From Nageia nagi (taxonomy: Eukaryota; Plantae; Pinophyta): 64,000 nucleotides of DNA. Made by a program: the position numbers and the translations under genes. Numbering within the stretch: position 1 is the stretch's first letter; the number at the start of each line of letters is the position of its first letter. The notes under the pieces are model-generated. The model saw only the letters and a program-made list of their open reading frames with translations, was not told the origin of the DNA and searched no databases. The stretch spans positions 12,152,001 to 12,216,000 of the forward strand of contig JBITNC010000002.1 of NCBI GenBank assembly GCA_050084985.1, in the 5' to 3' direction. Of the stretch, positions 24,945 through 38,535 are shown piece by piece.

Positions 24945-26049
24945 TTATTTCTACCTCTGTTCATGTATGATTTCAATTGCAGAGAGTATGTAATGTGAAA
25001 GAGGATTTCTTTCCCGAAATTGAGGGTTTTGGGGTGAGGTTTAACGAGCATCGTAACAATGTTGGAGGTATGGATTGCGATATATGGACGACTCTGTTTG
25101 CTATCAGAAGAGTTTCTTTCGCATTGTGCATGGCTTCTTAAATCTCTCTTCATACTGCTCTCCTCCAGTCCGTCACGTTCTTGTCATTTCAAGGTAAATC
25201 ATATTACGTTTCCTCGGATAAAACTTGACCCTAAAGAATCCCCAAACAGTAGTAGTTAATCTAAAGTTTGATGGTAGATACTTGAGTTTACTAGAGACTG
25301 GTCCATTAAAAGTGATCAATTTTTATGGGATCTTTGTTATTAAAAGATGTTTTCTGATTGTTTAATGGTATGGATTTGACTTGTTTTGTCTTTTTTTTTT
25401 TCTTGGAGGGGATTAACATAGGTTATTATTACATATCTATTTATATGTGAGGGGAGAGTTAAAACCTGGGTCTTTCATTCAGTATTCAATCACTTTCCAA
25501 TTCTTCTATACATGTTGGATTTGAGTTCAATTTTAATTAGAGTAAGGTAAAATATCTTTTTAGATTATAAAAATAATTATGATTAATAAATAAACATAAT
25601 TAAATTATGTTTGTGTATTGTCAACATAAAATTATGTGAAAGTATACTATCATTCAAGATCTAGGAAACATGAATAAGAATGTGTACAATTGATTGATAA
25701 CAATCTTCAAATGATGTGATAAAGAATAACGTAGGATTGGACCAAATATATAACAAATAGAGTTTGGATGTGCAATGATATAGATCTAGGCTAGTTGTCT
25801 CTCAAATATGTTGCTCCAAATACCTCATAACAAAAATGTTGATGTTTTTTTATGCATAACACAAGATCATTGACAATGTCCTTTTAGCAATATTAAAAAT
25901 GTGCATAAAATAGAAAGTATTCAAAAACACTAAAGCATAAGTGGTGCTTAGAAGCATAGAGGAAGATATGTGGTATTGTCCCAATCAACCTATCAGGATT
26001 AGATCTGATAACGAATTCCATGCCTTGTTTATCCTTTTATACCTTACAA

Positions 26050-28320
26050 AACAAAAATAAGGGTATTAACCAACATTCCAAGATATGCCACTTGATGATC
26101 ATTTTTCTTCAACACAACACTAAGAGAAAACTAAGAAGCATCGATCTCAATCTCAAAAGGTTAAGTTATATAACGAAGTAATAGGAATAGAGTAGTGCAA
26201 AGTTGATGCTTGAGAGTCTTAAAGGATGCCATATGAATATCAATCCATTTGAAGAGAATATGAAGGCAGGTCAACTAATGCAATGGAGAAATAATGTATC
26301 AAATAGCTAGGAATGAACTTCCTATAGAAGCTAGCCAACCTAAGGAAACTCCTCAAATCTATGAGGGTAGAAGGATTTTGCCATCTTGCAGTACTTCAAC
26401 CTTAGTAGGATCAACTGTAACACCTTGTTCATCAATGATGAATCCCAAAATTGAACAAAAGAGTATTTGGAGATCCTAGCAAGGAGTTGATATTGTCAAA
26501 GAGTGAGAAAAACATGCTCTGAATGTTGTAAAAGTTTCTCCCAAGTCTTGGAGAAAGAAAGAATATCATACAAATATATGACAACAAATTGAAACAAACA
26601 GTCACAAAAAAATTCATCCATCATCCTCATGAAAGTGGCACAAGCATTAGTTAGGCCAAAAGGCATAACAAGCCACTTGACACCAAAGTGGGTTTTAAAT
26701 GTTGTCTTCCATGTATCTTCTAGTTGCACCTAAATATGATGATAACCACTCTTGAGATTCAACATGGAGAAACATTTGATGCCTTGAAGTTGATCAATCA
26801 AGTCATCAATGCATGAAAGAGGGTATTTGTTCTTAATTGTTATTTTGTTTAATTCTTAGAAGTTAATATAGAAATGTCGAGCACTATCCTTTTTAAGGAC
26901 TAAAAGCAAAGAAGATACATTGGGTTTTATGAATCCTTTAGCTATTAAGTCTTCAATTTGATGCTTAATTTATTTATTATGTGTGATAAAATAATGGTTC
27001 AATGATGCATTTGCAAGAGAAGATCCTAGAAGAAAATCAATTGCATGATTAATTGGTTTGTTTAGAGGAGTGCATAAGGTGTCTGGAAAACATCTGAATA
27101 TGAATAAAGAAGCTTGTTAATGTTTGCATGATTAGTGGTAATGATGTCAATGCTATGAGTTTTTTCCAAATATGGTCAAAGAATTATAAGAGCTACTTCA
27201 ACAACTTTATTGTCTACTTTTTGAGCTTTCTTGCATGTAAGTACCAAATGTATACTTTATGGTGAAGGGGAAGTGTTGTGAATTAGGTATATATGGTTAT
27301 GTTTCTATAATATGTATGTGTTGTGAAAAGCATCATAATGCTCTTTCCTATCATATTGATAGGGTTTATCAAGTAGAAGACCATAAGAGTCAATGATGGT
27401 CATATCACAAGTGACTTTATCCACAAACTTAGGACCTAAAGCAAAAGAGAGAGGGTAGACATGTGTGATTCGTGTCGATGAACCAATATGCTTCCATCCC
27501 AATGAATATGGGTGAGGATGAGGTTTGATGGGAAGCTTCCATTTATCAATGATGGACCTTGTAATTAGATTTTTTTGTGAGCCATTATCATTAATACGCT
27601 CCATAGTAAATTCATATGTCAAATGTGCTAGAGTGACAAATAAATTGTCATGAGTATCGGTAAACACAAGATGTTGCATCAAGGTAATCTTGTTGAGGAT
27701 TCCTTGCAACTCATCATAAGTATTATTTTTTCCATTGGACTCAATTAGGGTATCTTTTACTCCTTTGATTGCTTGTACAAATAAAGTCTTTTTTTGTAAG
27801 GAAAAACATTCAAACTTATCATGTCCTCACTTTTTACAATAGTGACAAATCTTTCCATTTTGTGAAGAAGAAGAAGGAGAGGAAGGAGAATAACTATTTT
27901 TGTCCTTTGAAGAAGTTTCCTAACCCAAAGAAGATGACTTAAAGAACTTGGGAAGAGTTCCACGAGTTTGATGGATAAGGAGATTATTTGGAAGAAATGT
28001 ATTTCTCCTCAACCAACTATGCATGGCTAAAAGCTACAATAATAATGTTAGAATCTATGAATTTTACTTCACAAAACAATGATTCAATCAAGCCACTCTT
28101 GAATTTCAGAATCAAGTTAGATTCAAAATCATCTCTTTGTACCAAAATCCTCAAGCAATTGAAGTTGTTGTAATCCATAACAGATTGTTGGTATCCTTGC
28201 CAAAGTCCAACAATTGTGCACTTGGATCTACTAATGATTAAGCTTTATTTGAGATGGAAGGTTTCCTGAAGTGTGATGCATTTTTGGTCTTCATATCTCA
28301 TCCAAGATCTTAAAGTATGG
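26050..28320 (-). mobile_element. Ty3/gypsy gag-protease-RT relic (chromovirus/CRM-like protease signature)
   Basis: Zn knuckle CHYCKK.GHDKFEC. Protease [65 protein letters not shown]. Confidence 0.88.
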
Positions 28321-28399
28321 GTGTCTCTAAATAAATAATAGTATTGATCACAAATATTGTAGTATATGGGGAAGATGAATGTAAAGTGTTCTTCAAACT

Positions 28400-31300
28400 T
28401 TGGTTCCATATTGCATAATATGCAAATATGCTAATCTCTAGGGATATGGTGATCTATCTCAATACAAAGCTAGTGTGAGCAATCCCTCATCAGATTAAGA
28501 GGGACTATGTGGTAATATGGTATCTATAGTCTAATGTAATACAAAATGATAATAGCACCATTCTTCAATATCATGTAAACATGAAGATAATGTAAAAGCT
28601 TTGGAGAAAGTGGTTCTAATGGTTCAAGTCAAGTTGTTCTTAATTAAGCTAAGAATATTTCCTCCCTAATTCTTTTGTTAATGTCTCTAGCAAAGAGATT
28701 ATAGGTCCTTTCTAAGAGCTTGGATGGACAAAGTTTATATATGTCTAAGCCTATGGATCTCAAGATAGAAGTGACCTATGAGTACTAACACTAATGTATA
28801 TTGTTGCTTGCAAGTTGCATTAAGGATTTCAGAGTGAAGATATGGTATCTTTATGAGCTAGGATATGTTGCTATCATACAACATATTCTATTGAAAGCTA
28901 AAAATATGGAATATTGCAAGTGTTAATAAAATGTATGCATCAAATTAAGCCAAAATGATGGAATGAGCTATAGATATTTTGGTTTGAATGGATCTTGAGA
29001 GCATATTGACCAAAGCCATATCAATACAAACCTAACCAAAGTGTCTTAAATTAGGCCCCCAAGCCTCACATCCATAAAGTAGAGTTTGGAGAAACAAGTG
29101 CATGAAATAACTTAAACTTTGCTATAATATCCTAGAACTAGAGTTGAAAACATTATCTATTCAAAGATATAGATGAAACATAGACCTTATTCAATCTATT
29201 TTGAGAATCTAGGACTAAGCTAAGAGTAGGACCTATGAAAAGAATATCCAAAGAGTTGTATAAGATGAATATCTCAATGGGTTGCTCCTAGAAGGTAAAA
29301 TGGATTTTAGAAATATTTGCTTTCGATATATTAAAGGATATCACCTTTATTTTTTTAAGATAATCTTCAAGACCATGTCTATCATAAAATGTACTTAAAG
29401 TGTCAATATGACGTTGAAGCCCAAATCTTGTATGAGTCAATAAGGTAAAATCATATGCAAATAGTAAGATGAAGATAACTGAATCATACAGTAAACAACC
29501 CACATTTGGGTCTAAGGTATTTTTTATCATCTTCTTAAGTTCATTAATATAAAGACCAAATAAAGTGGGTGAAAGGGGGTAGCCTTATTTAACATAAATA
29601 GTTCTATAAATATTATTTGATATGTGAGAGCCAACTTGAACCTGACCAATTGCATGTTCATATAGAGTCATGGTAAGGGATATGGCCTCTCTAGGGATCC
29701 CTAGGTACGTAAGCCTTTGAAATAGAAGATGTTTAGGAATAGTATCAAAGGTTTTATGGAAGTCTACAATGTAAGCTCTAGCCCCTCCAATGATAATACA
29801 TAATGTGAGGATGTGATCAATAAAGAGGTAATCTTTATAAAAACTTGCTTCTTCAGGTGCATGAAGATTACATTTTTCAACAAAATAAGAAATGACATAA
29901 TCAAAAGTAGTGTTTAAGAGCATTTCCAAGGTGTGGCCAACCATGACTGTTTTATAGTTACTAGGGTTTAAGGGATCACTAAATTTGCAAGAGGGATGAA
30001 TGGTATTGGAAGTCTAGGAAGGTGGAAACCCATATGAAGCAATGTAGTTAAAAATTTCAATAATAAGCTTAGCAAGAACTGTAGGAATATGCTCTAGGAA
30101 TTCAACACTTAGATTTTTAGAGTAAAAAACTTTGCTAATTTGGAGTTTATGGATGATAGGGAATTAGGCAATGCCATTTAGGATGATCAAATCATATGCT
30201 TCATCCAAGTTGAGTAGGTTTATTCCATAAGGCAAGATGTTTTTCCCAACATTATTTAACTATCATGCTAGGCCCAAAGCATGGAGGTTAGTCTTCAACA
30301 ATCAAAGAGGATTTGAGGAAATATTATGCAAGCAACATTGGGATTTTCTTGTACATGCAGTCAAGTCCTAGAGATATCAAAATACATATCAAGATAAGGT
30401 GAGTCATCATCATCAATAGTAGCATGTGGCAAGTATGCAAGAAGAAAATAGGAAACTTGAATGTAAAGATGTCAAAATATAGGCTTCCTATCAATAGAGA
30501 TCCATATGTATTTGGCACAAGAGTTTAAACATTCTAGAAAAATTCATGAAGCTAAACATTTGTGATATAATTAAGCAACACCACTAGAACCTTTGCTACC
30601 TCAGTGAATCTTCGACTTATATGTATAAAACTAAGAATAATTTGTATAATATGGTAATGGTTCAACTATGATTCATGAGTTTTAATAAAAAGAATGAGGT
30701 CCATATCACCTACTACATCATTTGATGAACCCAAAGAAGAGAAAAAAAAGCCACCTTAATTCCAAATTACAATTTTGATGTGAGACCGAAGACCCGATGC
30801 CTAACATCATGGTAATGTGGGCCAACATTAATTCCATCCCAAAGGAGGTCCATTGCGTATCCAAAGTCTACCATTGCAAAAAGTAGTCCATACTCCTCTA
30901 TCTTCAATCATTTTGTTTTTGTTATGTTTGGTTTCTTCATATTGTAGTTGGCTTATATCCTCATTATGGAATATCTTATTTAGAAGATTGAAAACATTTT
31001 TTTTAGATTTAAGAATAACAAGCCTATCTTGTAGATTTTTGAAGCAAATGATTAAAATGATGTCATGTGTGAGCCAGGCATGATACAAAACAATATTAGG
31101 TTGGTGCAATGTATCATGTAAGAAATGCATAACATCTAATGGGTCGGGTATCGTGGTTAAACCCCCTCACATGAAAGTTGAGGGATTTAAGTTATCTTGG
31201 TCTTTCTTTTACAAACATGGCTTGTATTACAAATTAAACTAGGCAAGGTGGTTTAGCATGTTTGTTACCTTTAACTACTTGGGTATAAGTAGTTTCAATC

Positions 31301-31480
31301 TTCACTAATTCAAGTTTAGAAGCAATATCTTCACAATTATCTGCAACTTCATCATACAAATTGGCAAATTCACCTATATTAATAAGATCTAATTTGTATG
31401 TTTTACAAATTGGCAATAACCTCAACTTGTAGGTTTGTAATTTCATCGAGTAGATAGGCTTTAGGTTGTATCTTAGAGAT
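28400..31480 (-). mobile_element. Near full-length decayed LINE (short ORF1 + APE/RT ORF2; RTE-X/L2-like rather than L1)
   Basis: ORF1 relics TYTQVVKG and IFHNEDIS..NGRLWIRNG. RT DHILTL..VDFHKTFDTIP, K.GYPLSPTLFGLYINEL and LLFAYDF. C-terminal HFVL Zn-motif relic near 28540. Confidence 0.8.
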
Positions 31481-34036
31481 ACATATTTCCAATTACATAA
31501 TATATTTAGCTTGCGTATTTATATATAATTTGTTGGTATTGAACTATTTGAGATAGGTATGAGGTCTATTGTTCAATTAAATCAATTCTCCTTTGAAGCT
31601 CATGTTCAAAGAAGTCCAACCAATCCATTATGAGTGAATCAATTTTCATTATAAGTTTCTATTCTAAGAGGTTCAACATGTTTATGGTGTCAAAATTACC
31701 ACCATCCTCCTTTTGTTTTATTCAAACTCGATTGCATAATGATATTAGAGAATTTCTTTGTTAATTAGGAATTAGAAAAAAATTGGGTCCTTTGAGGAGC
31801 TAATCCTTGAGCTTCTATCTTAGAATACTTACAAACACATTTGCCAAGCATTATAATATTTTCATCTTTGTGAGAAGCAATACAATTATTATGCATTTTG
31901 AGATCACCCTCATGAAGAGGTTGTGATTGCAAAGTTTCTCTTATTTCCATTATAATCTTTCAATTTTTTTCAAGATTGCACAATATTTTCTTGTTCATCA
32001 TTATTCAAAATTGCAAGAATGTCAAAACCCACATTTTATGCCCTTTGAGCTATAACACCCATGTTATGGATCTTATGAGCCAAAATGTTTTCATTTTGGG
32101 CCTTTTGATATAGAACATGCATGTTCTAGACCTACTACAATATATATCACTCAAAAACAATAGTCAAATTGTCAAGTTGCAAAAATAACCAATTCAAGAT
32201 AGGTATCCTAATTCATAAAAAGGTACAATATTAAAAAAAGGAAATTATTTTAGCACACAAAATATCACCCTCCTTAACAAATAATTCAATAACAATAAAA
32301 AAATAATTTGGATATTACTTGGACAACTTTTGCAATTATAAGGGCACGTATTTGGGTAAGAATTACAAAGCTATAAGAATAACAACCTAGGCCTTTTGGA
32401 ATAACACATTTTGGATACACACCAAACCCCTTATATGAGCTTCTTAATGGACCAAAAGAGGAAAACGATGACAAAGCCATGTTACATGACAGCTATAGAA
32501 CAATAACTATAGTAGAACTTTCTCACCACCTACCCTTAGAATTTCCTAAGTCTATTAGTATTCAACCCTTTGTTTTTAATCCTACCCTTAATCTCTTTGG
32601 AAATGTTTATGCCATTCATGAGTGTATAGGAGACAAATTTGAATTGTGTTGATTTCATTCTAAAAAAATATTTTGATTGTTATCTTTGTGCAAATGCTTA
32701 TTTTGGTGAAGGTACTAAGAATGATGACAATGCTAACACAAAAATCAAGAAAATAATGATATGCAATGTAAATTTGCTAAATGGGCCAAGTTTTCATAGG
32801 AATTTAGTCTTTATGAATAAATGTTTTAGAAAAGACCTAGTTATGTGATACTAATTTTGTTAATAAAGAATTTCTATATGAGTATTACTTTTAGAAACTA
32901 AAGATAATAGGTGGAAAAAGTTCTTCGATGGCTCCAAATACGTTCATGGGAAGGAATAGACCTCATTTATCCAAGCAATGGGACAACCCTTATATAATAA
33001 ATGTTCTTAACAATGCACATTAAGGAACTTCCAAAACCTATAAACATCTTAAAAGGCACAATGCTTAAACTTCAAAATTTACTTCAATTATAATTTATAT
33101 TTTTCTTACATTTTTAAGCTATATTAAAATACATTTATGCATTTCCTAACTTTTAACATCTCAAAAACTTATTTCGCAAAATGCTTGTGCTCTAGGAGAT
33201 GAGATCTAACAATGTTAATGCTTTAGGACACATTGTCCTAGAACATGTGTACTCTACGACCAAGCATCCTAAAATGCCAACATTTTGAGCCTTACTACTT
33301 TTTTGTCATATATTTTAAGAAATTGAAAAAAAACAAATTTATGTTTGAGATTTGTGTGTTTTATGCAATATCAATGTCTAAATTATTATAATTTGCAATA
33401 TCTTCAAATATTATCATTTTCATAATTATCATGTTTTGTCTTCTAAAATCAAAGTTGAAAAATATCATTATTGTATCTATCATTTGTAAAGTTGCATTTT
33501 TGCATTGATCATGTTTGAAATTGAGATTTTGTAATTACCATTTTGAAATATCTTATGAAGTTTTCAATTCTAAATTATCAATCTTTAAAAGTATCATATG
33601 TGAATTATTTTTGCAAAAGTATCAAGTTTTATCTATGTTTTATGTTTGATATATTTCATATTTTAACATTATTGATAACAAGGAGGTGCTTATTGCTATC
33701 AAGAATTATCATGTCCCCCATGACCATCAATTACATGCAACTTAGCTCTCCTAATTATATTTGTTTTGCAAGTTTCAAACAATTTGCTTTGAGCTCCATG
33801 TTTTAGCATAAATCTTCATAGGTAGCCCAACACAAAAAGGCCAATCAATACCATTCATTTCCCTCGAAAAGAACATGATCATCCATTCTCTTATTTAGTA
33901 TTTTCAACCTTTGGGGCAAGGATAGTTCTCTAGCCATAACATGACAAGTTTGACTATTTCATAATTTTTAGAAGTTATTTTTTTTGTTTAGCATAATCTA
34001 TTTGCATGATCCTCATAAGGGTAAGAGCATGGGACT

Positions 34037-35060
34037 TGTTAGAAATATGGATCATAGAAAATAAAAACTAATATCATAAGTAAAGTTGAGAAAAAGTACT
34101 ATTTAACAAAAAATGTGATGAGATTTAACATAACCATAACAAGAGCATTGCTCTAAGAAAGAATGAAGCAAGAGGTACTAACATAAAGAGCATTCACCAA
34201 CAATATGAAGAGAAGATAACAAAGTTTTTTAAGAGTGAAAAAAAAACCTTCATATTAATGAAGATGGCAAAGCATAAGGAGAATTACAAGAATTGATAAC
34301 AACAATACAACAATTTCAATCTAATCATTGCACAAATTAACATTATAGATGTGAGAAGGGCAAACTATCATCCTTATTATTGCCACCTTGCATTAGAAAA
34401 AATGCATGTATGTGAAACATAAGGTCACTTAAGGTTTCTCACGAGAGGAGTTACAAATGAGTCGTCCTCATATGTTGAAAATTTTATAAGAGGAAAAAAT
34501 AGTTGTAAGGATTCTTGTGGAATATTCCTTCACAATTTAATAAAATAAATACAAGATAATAAATAATACTCTCACCTATCTATCTTAATCTAATCACTAA
34601 ATGAAGGTTGACATTTCTAACACTCTCCTTTAAGCTTCCACTAGGGTGTTTGCATCATTCACTTTAAAACAATAATAAATAAAGACTTTACCTATAACCT
34701 AATTAAAGAGTACATTGTCAACACCCACCTTTAATATTCATGTGGGGACATTTATGATTCCTTTCAATACAATAAGGAGTCATCATCATATAAGAGTAAG
34801 AGAGAGAGAAGGTCAAATACAAATAAGGGCTCACCATCATAAAATGACTCTTGAGGTGCGTTACCATATAGATTTGAAACTTCAAGAGGTGAAAAGAAAG
34901 GCTCCAATGTCAAGACTCCCACATGAGTGATTGGACAATTAGGTTCCACATGCCGCCATATAAATAGTTTATAGTTTACTAGAGCTCCACTGTCATGACC
35001 CTCATAGGTGCATTCCACATGAAACCCCATGCTAGATGATCAAATAGTCTCTTTCATAGA
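34037..35060 (-). mobile_element. 3' LTR (34037-34622) with PPT and a short internal remnant
   Basis: 10-bp terminal inverted repeat TGTTAGAAAT...ATTTCTAACA. Minus-strand CTTAAAGGAGAG directly precedes the LTR. Confidence 0.7.
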
Positions 35061-35069
35061 CATTCAAAG

Positions 35070-35645
35070 GCTCATGGGCCTATATTTCAAAAAGAAACTT
35101 GTAATTGCAAATTTAAGAACTAATTAACGTGAATTTCATAGAGAAATTGGTAGATGGGCAACACTAAAAACACCTTGGGATAAAAAAATTTGTAAATTTT
35201 GTAACAAAAATGCCATAGAAGATGAGGCTCATTTTCTCTTATTTTCCCACTCTACAAAGACATAAGAGAAACCTACAAAGGTATTTGTGATTCTTGAACC
35301 AAGACAATCAAATAAGCTTGGTATATGAGAAACAATCATTCAAATACTTAATTGATATCTTTTCTTTTCTTTGCGAGATCCTACACATAAATCTGTAAAT
35401 TTTGTAACCTAAATTCTATAGAGGATGAGGCTCATTTTCTCTTATATTCCCACTCTACAAAGACACAAGAGAAACCTACAAAGTTATTTTTGATTACAAA
35501 TTAACCCACAAATTCTTAAACTAAAACAATAAAAATAAGTTTGGTGATTTGATTATAAAACTTAATTTTATGAGAAACAATCATTCAAATACTTAATTGA
35601 TATATTCTCTTTTCTTTGGGTAATGTTATACATAAATAAAAGTAA
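35070..35645 (+). mobile_element. 5'-truncated LINE 3' end with an internal duplication
   Basis: LRTN..EIGRW..KICKFCNKNAIEDEAHFLL.PLYKDIRE (LINE C-terminal CCHC-like domain). 35192-35365 is repeated at 35393-35610. A-rich tail. Confidence 0.75.
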
Positions 35646-37570
35646 GTAGATAGGCTTATAATTAAATATTCGCCTACTACCAGCTCTTGTCTTCAAACTG
35701 CCTTAGGTCTAAACAAATTTGGATGAGTCCTACAAACATTTGGGTATAAAAGGATGATAAAAGACTTATCATATCATATTATATAGGACTTCATGCAAAT
35801 TTTGCATCCTTTTTATTTTAGAAATGTTGTATCAAGTTCTCTTCCTCAACCATATTGCCAAAAGCGGCAAATTGTAAACACTTTAAAATGATTTTATGCA
35901 AATGTTTTATTTGATTAATCTAAAATGCCAAATTAAACCAACTTTGGATAAAGAAAGACTAATTTAGAAGAATTTTTCCAATTTAACCTTTACTTCTATG
36001 CACATTGTTATAAGTGAACTCAAAATCAAATTTGTGAATCTTTTATAAAGCACTTCCAAGTGCTCATTTCATACATAGAAATATCACAAGGAATCATGAT
36101 CAAGATTTCTCACAAGAAGAAAGCAATTACACAAGATCGTCCGTCATTACAATAATATCATCAAAATAATCCAAGCAATTGAAAGAGCATAGCATGGGTT
36201 GAATGAGCATTCAAGCTAGAATACCTAATGTTTTGATATCTAAGCCCACAATGCCCAATGCTCTAGAATTGTAGATCCATAATGTAGATGCTTTGGTCCC
36301 AAGCCTTGACAACCCTTTTGTGAAATACATGTGAATCAGTTCTAACATCATCTCAACAAAATTATCTTCAAAAATATCATTTTAAAATCATTTTCAAGAA
36401 CATTATCCTTAAAATTGTCTAAATCAATTAAGGTTCACCCTCCAAGAACACTAGTTATCCACCAACAAGATTTCAATCCCCCATTATCCAAATAAGTTCT
36501 TTATATCTCCTCTTGTTAATTTACAAAATCTTAATTGCTAGATCTTTATATTGCATTTAGCTATCAATAAGTTTTTCAATAGTAGACATAATTAAATATT
36601 TTCATCTTAATACACTGTACTATTTTTTATATATACAATACTCCCTTAATTTTTTTTTGTAAATTTAGCTTCTTAAGCATATTTTTATTCCATTCTTGTT
36701 GAAGAATCAACTAAAGAACATTTATAACCATAACATGATATAAATAACCAATGCAGGAGAGACCTTAGAATTTATTCAATAATATCAACACGGTTTGTAT
36801 CCATCATATTTTTACATAAACTTTATTTTGTAGGTCTCTATCCTATCACAAGCAATAAGCTCTCCATATCAAGAGGCAAACCAATTTCAATTCTTACTCA
36901 TTTTTCAACTAACATTTTGCTTTGATCTCCATTTTCCATACGCGTGTACATATGTAAATTAATGCAAAAAGTTCACTTCATTTTAAAAGAACATGTTCAT
37001 CCAAACCTCTTGCTTACCATTGTCAACCTTTGGCACAAGGTCAAGTTTTAAGATAAATCACAATAAGTTTGATCATTTCATGTCCCCAACATTTTCCTTT
37101 TCATTTTATGTGCTTTACAAAACCTTTGCAAGAGCCATAACATAACTTCATCAAATTTTATATGCTTTTTTTAAAAGTATGGACTAGATTTCTCTTCCTC
37201 AACCATATTTCAAAGATGCAAAATGTGAAGACTTAAAACTACATTTTAGCTATCTAAAATAACTTCATTTGAGTGATTTACTTAATTAATGAAAATAAAA
37301 CAATTTGAACCCATTTTGGGTTGTCCTAGGCTACCTTAAGTAAAAACATCTAATTTAATGTTATCTTATATGCACATTGGTTTTTATGGGTCCATAGAGG
37401 TGAACCAAAAATAGATTTGTCATGTCTATTAAAGCATTCCCATGTCTAGCCAAAGTGTTTACCTTTTTATCCTTAACAATTCTCATATTTTCACATAGGA
37501 TCCAATTATATGCATATTAAATCATCAAAACAAACTAAGCCACACATCTCAAAAGTGATGCAACCTTGAA

Positions 37571-38351
37571 TAACAAACTTCACCATAATGCCTAGCATTC
37601 TAGCATCATCATTCAAAACATTGGTATTTTGGTTCGAGCACTTTTCAACCTACATGTTTTGGCCTTGGTCATTTTGAATATTTAGATATCAATTTGAGCA
37701 AAATACAAACCTCAAATCACTTACAAGAAAGATCTTAGTCTATTCCAACATCATTAGAGAGATCATAATCATCTTCTAAATATAATCCAAACCCATTTAG
37801 ATCCATTTGCTTGTTACATATAGAGAATGTCCTCAAAGATCACAAGTTGTCTATTGATAGACTTCCAACCCTCCCACTAAATTTTCTTTTTCTCTTGTTA
37901 TTTCTACAATTATAATTTTGGATATTGCTATAAAAATATTTTTCTTTTATTCACAAGAACAAACTTCACCATAATGCCTCACATTCTAGGATCATTGTTT
38001 AAAACACGAGTATTTTGGTTCCAACACTTTGCAACCTACATGTTTTGGCCTTGGTCGTTCTAGAATATTTAGATATCAATTTGTAGCAAAATATTGCCTT
38101 GAATCACTTACAAAGAAAGATCTTAGTCTATTCTAACATCATTAGAAGGATCATAATCATCTTCTAAATATAATCCAAACCCATTTATATCAATTTGCTT
38201 GTTATATCTAGGGAATGTCCTCAAAGATCACAAGTTGTCTATTAATAGGCTTCAAACCCTCCACCTAAGTTTTCTTTGTCTCTTCTTGTTACTTCTACAA
38301 TAAAATTTTTGGACATTGCTATAAAAATATTTTTCTTTTATTGACAAGAAC
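37571..38351. repeat. Tandem duplication, ~390-bp unit x2
   Basis: ACAAACTTCACCATAATGCCT at ~37573 and ~37959. Both units end CTTTTATT(C/G)ACAAGAAC. Confidence 0.9.
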
Positions 38352-38535
38352 AATTGTGAATATATTAATAGAGTCTATTTTATTTTTGTCTACAATTTGA
38401 ACACATAATCATGAAAAGAAGGTTTATAATTGGAGTTATTTGACAAATGTCCTTTTCTAAATAACAATAATATTCCAACCAAATACACAAATGTGGCCAA
38501 TAATAGTAAATACATCGAGGAATTTTTGGATACAA

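Noticed and set aside
24935-25153. uORF overlapping the PPR start
   Set aside because: The transcription start is unknown and there is no conservation evidence.
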